Shown here piece by piece: positions 1-10,101 of a DNA stretch of 64,000 nt. The stretch is from NCBI GenBank assembly GCA_963774265.1, contig CAVZDU010000007.1, positions 32,001-96,000 of the forward strand, given 5' to 3'. The translations under genes were made by a program, and so were the position numbers. This stretch comes from an uncultured Chloroflexia bacterium. Lineage in GTDB: Bacteria; Chloroflexota; Anaerolineae; CG2-30-64-16. The first letter of the stretch is position 1. Each line of letters begins with the position of its first letter. Under the pieces are notes generated by a model. The model did not search any database and was not told the origin of the DNA. It worked only from the letters and a program-made list of their open reading frames with translations.

Positions 1-434
1 TACCCAGGCACAGGTGGACCAGTTCGAAACATTGGTTATCGAGACTGCGATCGTGCCGGATGAGCGCGAACAGATCGCGGCGCAACTGATTGAGTGGTGC
101 GACAGGCAGTTGCTCGATCTGATTCTGACCACCGGCGGCACTGGCTTCGCTCCACGTGATGTGACCCCAGAAGCGACACGCAGCGTACTCGATCGGGAGG
201 CGCCCGGGTTAGCTGAAGCCATTCGCGGTGGAAAGCCTCCGCATCACCGCTCATGCGATGCTCAGTCGCGGGGTGGCAGGAATCCGCAAGCACACGTTAA
301 TCGTGAACTTGCCGGGCAGCCCGCGTGGAGCCGTAGAAAGCCTTGGTGTGATTCTGCCGGTGCTGCCGCACGCCCTAGAGTTGCTGCGAGAGGACGCATC
401 GGCCGAGTCTCATCACGGATCCTCGGTCGCTTAG
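1..434 (+). CDS. mog: Molybdopterin adenylyltransferase MogA/MoaB family (5' partial; frameshift near 228)
   Basis: [17 protein letters not shown] motif in ORF 14..727 continues as [17 protein letters not shown] in ORF 228..434. Confidence 0.9.
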
Positions 435-1818
435 CGTGCTGCAACGGCACTGCGCTGCGCTTCCTTTGGCGCCGGTATGGCGGGCTCGCGGAATGGGCCG
501 GCCTTGAGGTCATCCCAATAGCCCTGACTATCCAGGGCTCTGGCAGACCAAATCGCAACGCCGCGCGTGCCGCGCAGCCGGGCATAAGCGATGCGTTCGG
601 CGATCAAGCCGAAATTCGGTTGGTCTGCGCCCAGTCCCAGCCACACCTGGCGGGCGCCTTGCACGCTGAGATGGTCATCGGCCAGGATCTTCCACTTGTT
701 GATGTCCTGGTTAATGTCGTCCCATAGATCATGGGCGCGATCGCATCAACACTGCCCTCCCTGAGCCAGCGGTGTGAGTCCTGGTAGTAGTCGTAGTAGC
801 CCTGCGATGTCGGGAAGGTGATTGTGGCCGTTTTCTTGTAGGTGAACCAGACCGCAGCGCTCATTGTTGTGTTGGGTCGAATTGCCCTGACCTCGGAGGC
901 GTAGCGCGTCATCCAGTAACTCAGGTTATCTCGCTGCCAGTTATCGAAGGTGACCGGCGGGGCTATGCTCTGCCATGCCGCGATGGTTTCGGGATCATAA
1001 GAATACTGGCGCCCCGGATAGCGGACGCGATCCAGGTGAATGCCATCGACCGCATACCGCGTGGCGATATCCTTGAATACCGCCAGGTTTTGGTTGTGGA
1101 CGCGTTCCACTCCTGGGCTACCGACGATATATTCGAAGCAGGCGACAGGATCTGACTTGGCATCGCCCATGGGTGTGGGTACGCCGTTTACCTTGGCATA
1201 GGCGCGCCAGGTAGGGTCGTAGAACACATCATCTGCGTTATAATTTGCGAGTCGCCAATAGGGGTGTTCAGGGATCGTGTGTGGCGGTGCGCCCCGACCG
1301 CACTCCCACAAACTGAAAGTGTTGACGTAAGCGTGAAGCTCCAAGCCGCGGGCATGGGCGGTCTCGATAGCGACGGCCAGGGGATCCCAGCCAGGGTCGC
1401 GACCAAGATCGTCGATCCTTGATGACGTCAACCGGTAGGACCAGGGTTCCAGGCCCGGAGAATAATAGGCATCGCCGGTGGCGCGCACCTGGAGTAGAAT
1501 TACATTGAACCCGGCATCAGCCGCTCGATTGATTAACTCCACCAGTCGCTCACGCCTGATCGGCGGGCTGCCAAGATCGAAGCGTGAGACCCAAAGTGCA
1601 CGAACCTCCTTGCTCAGCAGCTGCACCGGCGTGTTGGACTTTGGCCTGGTTATAAATGGCAAGTATATCGGTTTGGTTACCGTTACTTCGGGCTTAGGCA
1701 CGATGTCATCCACGTCCACCATAGCTTCACCATATCCCATCGCTAACAACGCAATAATAACCGCCATGATCATGCACGACGGTCTGACGACCAGCATTCT
1801 GGCGCATTTTAGCCGCAA
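431..1818 (-). CDS. Secreted GHL10 (YddW/DigH-like) glycosyl hydrolase; frameshift near 712
   Basis: [42 protein letters not shown] and APMIY motifs; C-terminal barrel strands in ORF 431..664; start uncertain. Confidence 0.8.
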
Positions 1819-1920
1819 CTGCAGGTGAACGCAAACCCGGACTCGGTTCCGTCCTATGTTGGCGGACCGAGTCGGCCTGTTGGTAGGTGATAGTCGGCAG
1901 ACGGCTGCGCAGACTTCGCC

Positions 1921-1961
1921 TCCCGTCGCTCGCCGCCGGTAAGGGGCGACAAGCGACGGGA
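1921..1961 (-). terminator. Hairpin downstream of the outer IS transposase
   Basis: TCCCGTCGCT...AGCGACGGGA inverted repeat. Confidence 0.4.
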
Positions 1962-1971
1962 CCGTGGGCGT

Positions 1972-3216
1972 TTACACGCCCAAAGCGTCCAGGTAGCTCA
2001 CTTTTCCGGGTGGCACGCCGGCGACTTGGAGGGCACTTTGGCCGGGATGCCGGTAATGACGTTTACGCTCAGACCTCCCTTGAGCGGGCTCGAAGTTATG
2101 GTAGATCGCCCAGACCAGGGTCGCCCGCTCCAGGCGCTGATCCGAGCGGTGGTTGCGGCCGCGGCTGAGTCGTAAGCGAAAATCTCGCCAGTACCACTCG
2201 GGTGTCACCCGCTGCAAGCCTTGGTAGTAAGCCAGCAGGTGCACGAGCACCCGATCGAGTTGCTCATTGAGCAGCTTGCCGAGGGTTGCGCCTAGCGGAT
2301 GCCCCAGCAGCGTGGCTAACGCTGCTTCCGCCTCAGTGTAACTCTGGGCGTCCATGATCTTGTGAATCAGCCCGCCCAACTCATCTCGGGTTTGCTTGCG
2401 GATGTGCTCGGCAGCTTCGCCGGTCAGGTCGCCCGCCGCTTCGCTGGCGGCTTTGGCGAGCTCGCCTCCCAGGTTGCGCCACAAATGCCAGACGCAGCGC
2501 TGATGCTGGACCCAGGCGAGGCTCCGGCGCAAGTAAGCCAGCAGCCCCTGTGCGCCATCGGACGTTGCGCCGCGCAGGGCATCCACGTCCAGTCCGGCCC
2601 GCTTAGCCCGTTCAAACAGCCGCTGCCACGATCCTGCCGACTCTTCGCCTTTGGCCACGACTGGCGGATAGACCAGGCCGGTAACGCTGTCCACGATGAG
2701 CAGCACGACCCGCTGCGCCTTGCCTTTCAGCTTGGCCCATAAGCCGTCCGTGCCCACCGCGTGCGTGTGGGCAATGCCCGCCAGTTGCCCGTCCACGCTG
2801 GCTTGAGCCGTTTTGCCGGCCCCGTCCAGCCAGCGCTGCACGGTGCTGGCCGCCAAATAACACCGCTCGCCGCTCTCGGGATCCAGCGGTCGCCAGAGCA
2901 ACCAACGTTCCTGGTGCCCCAACCAGGAGCGCAGCAACTCCGCCGTCCGCCGTAATGAGGTGCCGCCGTGTTGCCAGTGGTCGACCGCACAACGGTGAAC
3001 GTCCCGGGCATACCAACTACCGCGCACCAGCAGGGCCGACCGCTCCGAATACGTCTTGTTGCAGGCGTAGCACTTGTGGCGCTGGATGCGCACCTCCTGC
3101 CGGCCCCGATCCAGGAACCAGGGGTGACGGGGATACGTGCCCCAGCAACTCGTCCACGTCCCGCCACAGGTCGGACAGCGCTTCCAGTCCCAAACGCTGC
3201 GCTTGGCCAGCGTCAC
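1972..3216 (-). CDS. DDE transposase, IS256/Mutator-like with N-terminal Zn ribbon (original start at 5052, split by insertion)
   Basis: CPTC..CYAC, TDGLW, SDGAQG, QRCVWH (CxxH) motifs; removing the nested IS restores MNIIERGRAHLQSLVTLAKRSVWDW. Confidence 0.85.
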   Translation of the reverse strand: MTLAKRSVWDWKRCPTCGGTWTSCWGTYPRHPWFLDRGRQEVRIQRHKCYACNKTYSERSALLVRGSWYARDVHRCAVDHWQHGGTSLRRTAELLRSWLGHQERWLLWRPLDPESGERCYLAASTVQRWLDGAGKTAQASVDGQLAGIAHTHAVGTDGLWAKLKGKAQRVVLLIVDSVTGLVYPPVVAKGEESAGSWQRLFERAKRAGLDVDALRGATSDGAQGLLAYLRRSLAWVQHQRCVWHLWRNLGGELAKAASEAAGDLTGEAAEHIRKQTRDELGGLIHKIMDAQSYTEAEAALATLLGHPLGATLGKLLNEQLDRVLVHLLAYYQGLQRVTPEWYWRDFRLRLSRGRNHRSDQRLERATLVWAIYHNFEPAQGRSERKRHYRHPGQSALQVAGVPPGKVSYLDALGV

Positions 3217-3221
3217 TAAGG

Positions 3222-5008
3222 TGTAGTGGGCAGAGAGGTTTGTCCTCTACAGAGTGGGCACAGACGTTTGTCCTCTTGCCCTTGATCGACGACAGATAAA
3301 TCGCCTAAGCTGGCAGTACTTCCTTTGTGGAGCGAGGGGGTGCTGCCATGCCACGATGTCCGGCTCGAGATTACGCTGATCGCTGTTTGGCCATCGAACT
3401 GCAACAGCGTGGGCTGCGTCAGTGTGAGATTGCGGCCAGGTTGCAGCGTCCGGTGCGTTGGGTGCGCCGCACGGTGGGCCGCTATGATGCGGCGGTCGGG
3501 ATGACCAGCCTGTGCGATCATTCGTCCCGGCCGCAGCGCTCGCCGCAACAGACACCGCCCGAGATCGAGGTGGCGATGTGTGCGTTGAAACAAGCCCACG
3601 GGGCTTGGGGGCGACGCCAGATTGCCAAGCAACTGCGCTGGCAGTGGCGTAACGAGCCCGAACGCCAACGCTGGGTTAGTGTCGGCCGTGTGCGGCGGGT
3701 CCTGGCTCGCCATCCGGAACTGGATCCGCCCGCCCCAGCGTCGGAGCGCCCCCCGCCGCGGCACATCGACTACCTGACCTGCAACCTGATCCTGGGCGGC
3801 GGACATCCACGAAACGCACCTCCCGGACGGGAGTATCTGGTACACCCTGCATTGGCTGGATCTGCATAGCCGTTTTGAGTTGGGCCAGCTGACGGCGCAA
3901 CGCTTGAGCGAGGCGTTGGTCGTGCACAGCTTTCTGAATGTCGCCCAGCAGTATGGTCTGCCCCGAATCGTCAAGACCGATCATGACAAGCTGTGGTACG
4001 ACGGGGTGAGCGGCCTACCGAGTCCCCTGACGCGCGTGCTCAGCGCCTTGGGCGTCTATCACCTGTTAGTGGGCCCCAAACAGCCTTGGTGGAACGGCGT
4101 CGTCGAACGCTATGTGCGCACGTGTCGCCAGGAAGTCGTCTTGCCGCCGGGCGATGACCCGCAGCTGCCGCAGGCCGTCGAAACAGCCCGCCACTTCTAC
4201 AACGAGCAGCGCTGTCACAGCCGCTGTCAGGATCAGCCCCCGGTGACGGTCTATCAATCGAGTGCACGCCGCGTACCGGCCGGTTTCGATCCTGCGCAAG
4301 TGCCCTTCACCCAAGAGTCCCTGGTGCTATCCCGGCAAGTAGATGCCAACGGACACATCCGCCTGGCCGGCCGCAGCTTGCCGTTCAGCCGGCGCTATGC
4401 GCACCAGGCCATCACCGTGACGGTCACTGGCTGGTCGGCCGTCGGTCAAGTGGCGGATGGCTGGCAACGTACCTGGGACCTCCACGCACAAGCCGTGCAA
4501 CCAGCCGTACCACCGCCGCCACCAGCCCTGCCGCAGCCCGTGCGCCGCAAGATAGATCGCGCAGGCTGTCTGACGCTTCAGTGCTACCGTTACTATGTCG
4601 GGATCGCCTGGACCGGTCAGACCCTGACCATCCAACGCAGCCAGGATACCTGGACGGTCAGCCTACCTGATGGCACGCAGAAGACCTTACCCTGTAAGCA
4701 TCTGTATCCGCAACCGCCCACCAAAGCCACTCCCGCGCAGCCCAAGACCCCTCCTACGTCACCAACAACGAACTGCACTCTGCCAAGTCGCCGCGTCAAC
4801 CAGAACGGCCAGATTTCCTTTCACAACCGCCTCTACTTCGTCGGCATCGGCCACAAGGGCCAAACGCTCGCCGTGGTCCCCACCGACATCGGTCTGGAGG
4901 TCTACACCCCCCAGCAGGCCTGGATCACGACTTGCCCGTGGAAGCCACCGCGCCAACCGGACAAACCTCTCTGCCCTATGTAGAGGACAAACGTATGATC
5001 CCATTACA
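3222..5008 (+). mobile_element. IS481-like insertion sequence
   Basis: TGT...ACA ends (TGTAGTGGG.. / ..CCCATTACA), two GTTTGTCC-core repeats at each end, direct repeat ACTAAGG at 3215-3221 and 5009-5015. Confidence 0.9.
3348..4983 (+). CDS. IS481-family transposase (HTH + rve integrase core + three C-terminal beta repeats); frameshift near 3791
   Basis: HTH..DHSSRPQRSP..WGRRQI; WAAD..LDLHSR; KTDHD; PWWNGVVER; YNEQRCH. Confidence 0.85.
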
Positions 5009-5247
5009 ACTAAGGATTGCAGGTGTGCCCTGCCTCGCTCTATAATGTTCATGGGCCGTGCGGCTTTCTTGTGCGGTGTCATAACTACACAATGGCCGTT
5101 TGGCCCATTTTTGTCAATAGCCCCTGTCGCTACACCGACCAACACAATCTGGAACCGAGTCCAAACCCGGCCAATTTCGGATTGCGGTGTTATACTTGTC
5201 TCTCTTAGCGATACCGCAGCGGATGCTAGCTCAAAGGAGGCTGCGCT

Positions 5248-7533
5248 CTGGGCACGCTGAATCCAAACATACCATCACCTGAACTGGCGAGGGCGCTTAA
5301 TGCCGCATCGACGCGCATGCGTGCATCCGGACGCACGCTCCTAACGCCCGCAATGCTGTTGCTGACCTTTGTCAAGGAGCCGGGCAGCGCGGCCTATCGC
5401 CTATTGACTGGCTTGGCCGCAGAGCGAAGCTTCCGGTTGGACGAGCTTGCAGCGTCGGCTGAGGCGTTCGCGCGCGCTGCACCGGGCAAGGATGCCGATT
5501 TTGTGTATGAAGGCGAGAATGGTCCCATTCGACTGTCCACCGAAATGCTGATCGTCCTCGATGAGGGGCGCAGTATTGCCGATGCGGCAGGGGAGAGCCA
5601 GGTGGGGACGGAACACGCGCTGGGTGGACTCGCAGAGCGCGGTGTCGGCACAGCGGGCATCCTCCGGCGCTACGGCATCTCCCGCGAGACGCTGGCCAGT
5701 CGGCTCGCCAACCACGCGCAGACGCAGCGGACCGCTGGCCAGGATCAGGTTGCGCGGGCAAAGGGAGGCGACACTGCGCCGGTGTACGTGCGCGAGGAGT
5801 TGATGCATGATCTGCTCGGCCTGTTGGCGTTAGCGAATCACCGGCATGTGGTATTGGTCGGCGATGCAGGTGTGGGCCGCCGGTCATTAGTGCAGGGCCT
5901 CGCCCTGCTCATGGCAGAGGGCAAAGGGCCAGCTGAGCTCAGCAATCTTGTGACGGTCTCGGAGCATGCGCTTCTTATCGACGCTGAGAAGGCGGTCGAC
6001 AGCGCCGCGCAGCAGGCGCGTGACGGCATCCTCTTCATCCCCAACGTTGAGCGCTTTTTCGGTAGTGCAGCGGTTAACGCGGAGTTCCCCAAGGCAACTC
6101 GAGCAGTCCAGCGCGCATTCCTTAATGTGCTCCCCGTGGTCATCGCCAGCACCACGGACGCTGCGTGGAACGACAGACTGGCGGCTGACAGCACCGTGCG
6201 CGAAAACAGCCACCGGCTGCGCGTGCCTGAGCCATCGGCAGAGGAATCGGTCAAGATCCTCTCTGTCCACAAGTCCCGGCTCGAGCACGACTATCGAGTC
6301 AAGATCGATGACGGCGCGCTTCCTGCGGCCGCAAATATGGCAAAGCGATATGTGGCCGGGACACCGCTGCCTGCCTCGGCTCTTGCCGTGCTGCATCGCG
6401 CCGGCGCCTTGCTCAAGTTGGCCGCACAATCAACAGTCCACCGACCGGCTTCGCCGGTAACTCCCCAGGATGGAACAGGCGCACCGTCCGCAGAGGGAGT
6501 TCAGTCAGCTGGGAGTATGGGGCCGGCGGCGACTGCAGACGCAACAGACTCCCTGCTGGACGGCGATGACGTCGCTGTCGCCGTCAGCGTTATGACCGGC
6601 ATCCCGGTGAGCAAGCTAGGTCTTGACGAACGGGCACGCTACGCCCACATGGTGGATGCCCTGCACCAACGCATCATCGGCCAAGAGGAAGCCGTGATGG
6701 CTGTCAGCCGTGCGGTCAAGATTGCACGCGTCGGCCTGAAGGATCCCAAACGACCTATCGGTTCATTCCTGTTCCTTGGCCCTACAGGTGTAGGCAAAAC
6801 GGAACTGGCAAAGGCGTTGGCCGAATTCATGTTTGGGTCGGAGGACGCCATGGTCGTGCTGGACATGAGCGAGTACCAGCAGGATCACACCGTGAACCGC
6901 CTGATCGGTGCACCTCCAGGCTATGTTGGATTTGAGGCAGGTGGGCAGCTTACAGAGAAAGTCCGGCAGCGTCCGCATACGGTTGTACTGTTTGATGAGG
7001 TAGAAAAGGCCCATCCTCGCGTGCTGGATGTCCTGCTTCAGATCATGGAAGAGGGCCGGCTGACCGATGCACAGGGCCGTGTCACATCGTTCAGCGAAAC
7101 GGTGATCATCCTGACCAGCAACCTGGGGTCTGAACACTTGGATAAGCCCGTGATGACCGATGAGATGCGCGAAGAGGTGTTGGAGGTCATGCGCGGAACG
7201 CTGCGGCCCGAATTCTTGAATCGTTTGGATGAGATTATCTTGTTCCTGCCGCTATCGTCAGATCAATTAAGCCAGATCCTCGACCTGCAACTAAAGAAGG
7301 AAGTCAAAATGCTGCAGGCGCAGGGTGTGACGCTGGAGATCACCGAGGCGGCGAAGTCGTGGCTGCTCAGTCAGAACGATCACCCTGAATGGGGCGCGCG
7401 GCCGTTGCGTCGAATCATTCAGAAGAACCTCCGCGAGCGGCTGGCTGACTGGCTGCTCACCGCCGCCCCGGAGAAAGGCGCACACGTCGTGGTGGACGCA
7501 GGGGATCCAGGATTGTCATTTGCGATGAGCTAG
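5248..7533 (+). CDS. Clp/Hsp100 AAA+ ATPase (ClpC/ClpA-like) with degenerate first NBD
   Basis: Clp-N repeats; D2 GSFLFLGPTGVGKTE, RLIGAPPGYVG, LFDEVEKAH, GARPLRR; SD AAGGAGG precedes an in-frame CTG at 5248 (first ATG at 5317). Confidence 0.88.
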   Translation: MGTLNPNIPSPELARALNAASTRMRASGRTLLTPAMLLLTFVKEPGSAAYRLLTGLAAERSFRLDELAASAEAFARAAPGKDADFVYEGENGPIRLSTEMLIVLDEGRSIADAAGESQVGTEHALGGLAERGVGTAGILRRYGISRETLASRLANHAQTQRTAGQDQVARAKGGDTAPVYVREELMHDLLGLLALANHRHVVLVGDAGVGRRSLVQGLALLMAEGKGPAELSNLVTVSEHALLIDAEKAVDSAAQQARDGILFIPNVERFFGSAAVNAEFPKATRAVQRAFLNVLPVVIASTTDAAWNDRLAADSTVRENSHRLRVPEPSAEESVKILSVHKSRLEHDYRVKIDDGALPAAANMAKRYVAGTPLPASALAVLHRAGALLKLAAQSTVHRPASPVTPQDGTGAPSAEGVQSAGSMGPAATADATDSLLDGDDVAVAVSVMTGIPVSKLGLDERARYAHMVDALHQRIIGQEEAVMAVSRAVKIARVGLKDPKRPIGSFLFLGPTGVGKTELAKALAEFMFGSEDAMVVLDMSEYQQDHTVNRLIGAPPGYVGFEAGGQLTEKVRQRPHTVVLFDEVEKAHPRVLDVLLQIMEEGRLTDAQGRVTSFSETVIILTSNLGSEHLDKPVMTDEMREEVLEVMRGTLRPEFLNRLDEIILFLPLSSDQLSQILDLQLKKEVKMLQAQGVTLEITEAAKSWLLSQNDHPEWGARPLRRIIQKNLRERLADWLLTAAPEKGAHVVVDAGDPGLSFAMS

Positions 7534-7569
7534 AGCACCGGGGGGGGAAGAACCTCCGGCGCGATTCGG

Positions 7570-9513
7570 CTACACGGCTCGCCGACGAACGTAGGAGGGC
7601 ATATGCTGTGAGGGAAAACTCGCCCGCGTCCAGTCGGTGGGGATGGCATCAACAGGTGCGGTGGTCTGGTGGCGCACCGCAACGAGGGTCATGTCATCGT
7701 ACTGGGCCGCGCCGCCGGTGAATTCATCGAGGGCGTGAAGAATACTCTGGATCAACGTGGACGCGCTCTCTCCTGCGTGAGCGAGCAGTGCCACCTGGAG
7801 GCGCTCATCGCCGAAAGTATTGCCTGAAGGATCACTGGCATCCGTGACCCCGTCAGAGTAGAGCAACAGAACGTCTCCAAGACCCAGTGAGGCCTCAAGT
7901 TCCTGCAGGACAATATCCTCAAAGGCGCCCAGAACTAGCCCTTTCGTTGGGAGTTCTGTGCATTTTTTCGTTGCTGCACTCCAGAGCAATGGCCGGTTGT
8001 GGCCCCCATTTGCGAACACGCTGCGGCCTGTGGTGAGATCGATCGTTACGTAACACGCGGTCAGAAATACATCGGATTGGCTGTCGCCCAGGATCATGCT
8101 GTTAGCGCGCGTGAGGACTGCGCCGGGCCGGCGGCCACCTAACGCGCTGGTACGAATGACCGTCCGGCTCAGGGCCATAAACAACGCCGCTGGCACGCCT
8201 TTGTCAGCGACATCGGCGATGACCACACCCATGCGCAAAGGTGTGCCGGGCAAGTAGAAATAGTCGTAGAAATCGCCGCCAACGATCTGTGCAGGGCGAT
8301 AGGCGGCGGCGAAGTCCCAACCCGGCACCTCAGGTGCATCTTCGGGTAGAAGGCTCAGCTGGATTTGACGCGCCACTTGTAACTGTTCGTCTAGCCGCTC
8401 CTGGTGCGACGATTCTTCCTGGAGACGGGCGGTCTCCAGCGCCAGCGCGGCCTGGTTGGCCATCAGTTGCAGTAGGCGCACGTCATCGTCGCTTGCGCGA
8501 TGCACGCGGCGCATATCGACCATCAGGGCGCCGATCGTCCTACCCTCCGCTAACAGTGGCGCAACGCAATGTCCGCGGAAGTCTTCGATAGCAGCCCATC
8601 CGGGCACCAGGATGCCATGCGAATCAGCCGAGACATCCTCTATGATCACGGGCTGCTGGGACAGAATGGCCCGACCTGGGCCGCTGCGCTCGTCAAAACT
8701 GACTTCTCGATTGGCAGCCACCGGGTCTTCGCGCCAGCCGCTTGCTGCGCGGAAGAGGAGCGTATCGCCCGAGGTATCCGGCAGGATAAGTGCACAGGCA
8801 TCTGCGTTGAGTAACCTGCGGACCTCATCAACCAGGTGGCGCATGAGAACATCCAGATCACCGTGACCGAGAAGGCGATTCGAAAACTCCAGCAGCGCGG
8901 TGAGTTCACGCGCATGTTTCGCTTGTATCATTTGGGTGAGACGAACGAGTTCAATTGCTATGCCCATCTGGCGGCCCGCATGTGTCAGGAGGGCAAGTGC
9001 GTCCGATGTCAAGGCGGAGCGATCAGGGGCGAGAACATTGAGGATGCCGATACTGTGGGAGCCGGCCTGTAATGGGGCGGAGGCATGTATGACGGGCGTG
9101 ATCGAGTCGTAGCCCTCGCGCCGCGGTTCAGTGGCATCGTTTGATGGAGCCTGATCGAGCCTCGCCACAGCCAGTCGAGAGCATTGGAGGATGTTGTATC
9201 CGGCCTGAAGTAGGCCGGCGTTGCATCGACGCTGACACTCGCAAGGACCATCCCAGGGCAGGCGTAGGTCGGGCGACAGCTCGGTCGGCAAACCATGATG
9301 CGCCGCGAGAACATAACCCGGTCCGAACCGCCTATCCTGCGCGACGGGATCGACCAGGAAGATCCACCCTGTGCTCAGCCGCATCAAGGCGAGGAGACGC
9401 TCCAGCGCACGCGAGAGCAACTGCTGCGCGTCGCCTCCTTCGTGCAGCAAGTCGGTGATCTCATTTAGTCCCGCTAGTTGATCGGCTAGTGCCGGTCCTC
9501 GCGGCTCAGACAT
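7570..9513 (-). CDS. GAF-GAF-SpoIIE (PP2C) serine phosphatase, RsbU-like
   Basis: Two GAF domains; VGGDFYD, IADVADKG, LYSDGVTD, DDMT motifs. Confidence 0.9.
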   Translation of the reverse strand: MSEPRGPALADQLAGLNEITDLLHEGGDAQQLLSRALERLLALMRLSTGWIFLVDPVAQDRRFGPGYVLAAHHGLPTELSPDLRLPWDGPCECQRRCNAGLLQAGYNILQCSRLAVARLDQAPSNDATEPRREGYDSITPVIHASAPLQAGSHSIGILNVLAPDRSALTSDALALLTHAGRQMGIAIELVRLTQMIQAKHARELTALLEFSNRLLGHGDLDVLMRHLVDEVRRLLNADACALILPDTSGDTLLFRAASGWREDPVAANREVSFDERSGPGRAILSQQPVIIEDVSADSHGILVPGWAAIEDFRGHCVAPLLAEGRTIGALMVDMRRVHRASDDDVRLLQLMANQAALALETARLQEESSHQERLDEQLQVARQIQLSLLPEDAPEVPGWDFAAAYRPAQIVGGDFYDYFYLPGTPLRMGVVIADVADKGVPAALFMALSRTVIRTSALGGRRPGAVLTRANSMILGDSQSDVFLTACYVTIDLTTGRSVFANGGHNRPLLWSAATKKCTELPTKGLVLGAFEDIVLQELEASLGLGDVLLLYSDGVTDASDPSGNTFGDERLQVALLAHAGESASTLIQSILHALDEFTGGAAQYDDMTLVAVRHQTTAPVDAIPTDWTRASFPSQHMPSYVRRRAV

Positions 9514-10027
9514 ACTTCTCGACTTTGAAGCGATACAGGTCCACCTTTTCGCCTTGTGCGATGCCGCCTTTAAGACGCGCATACCGTACCTGGGTCTCGC
9601 TGTCGTTGATACCCTCGATGTCCGGCAGTAGCAGACCTCGACGCCAGTCCCGTTGAACGATCACGCCGTAAACCTTCGGATTCAGCTGGTTGATCGATTC
9701 GATCGGTTCAGGTGGATACAGCACACTGACGTCGATTACCAGATCCTCCAACTCGGCTGGGGTTACGGGGCGGAAGCGCGGGTCGCGCGTGGCGGCGGAG
9801 ATTGCATTGTTGATAACCTCCTGCGCTAACGAGTCCTCGGTCGGCTGGATGGTGCCAATACAACCGCGCAGTTCCCGGGTGCTCGCGGTGTGGAGGGTGA
9901 CGAACGCGCCTGCAGGTTCTCCTTCGATTGGTTCAGGTGCGTCCTCCGGTTTGATTTTTCGGCTCGTGCGCACATAAGCATCGATTGTCTTGCGGGCGAG
10001 CTGGACGAGCGGATGTTCCTCTGCCAT
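9506..10027 (-). CDS. amrA: AmmeMemoRadiSam system protein A (AMMECR1 domain)
   Basis: GAFVTL..LRGCIG, AATRDPRF, GLLLP motifs. Confidence 0.9.
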   Translation of the reverse strand: MAEEHPLVQLARKTIDAYVRTSRKIKPEDAPEPIEGEPAGAFVTLHTASTRELRGCIGTIQPTEDSLAQEVINNAISAATRDPRFRPVTPAELEDLVIDVSVLYPPEPIESINQLNPKVYGVIVQRDWRRGLLLPDIEGINDSETQVRYARLKGGIAQGEKVDLYRFKVEKYV

Positions 10028-10101
10028 AGGATCCTTCACTTGTAACGGTGGGGATCAGGCGATTCTCCGCCCCAACGGTTTGGGCAGACCGATATCTTCA
10101 C

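Larger units (their letters stand above)
1840..5161 (-). mobile_element. IS256/Mutator-like (ISH6-like) insertion sequence interrupted by a nested IS481-like element
   Basis: Terminal IR GACTCGGTTCC (1840-1850) / GGAACCGAGTC (5151-5161), extended by TGTTGG; flanking direct repeat CAAACCCG at 1832-1839 and 5162-5169. Confidence 0.85.

Noticed and set aside
3222-3275. Short direct repeats as a CRISPR array
   Set aside because: Only two copies with no spacers, mirrored at 4959-5008; they are IS end binding sites.
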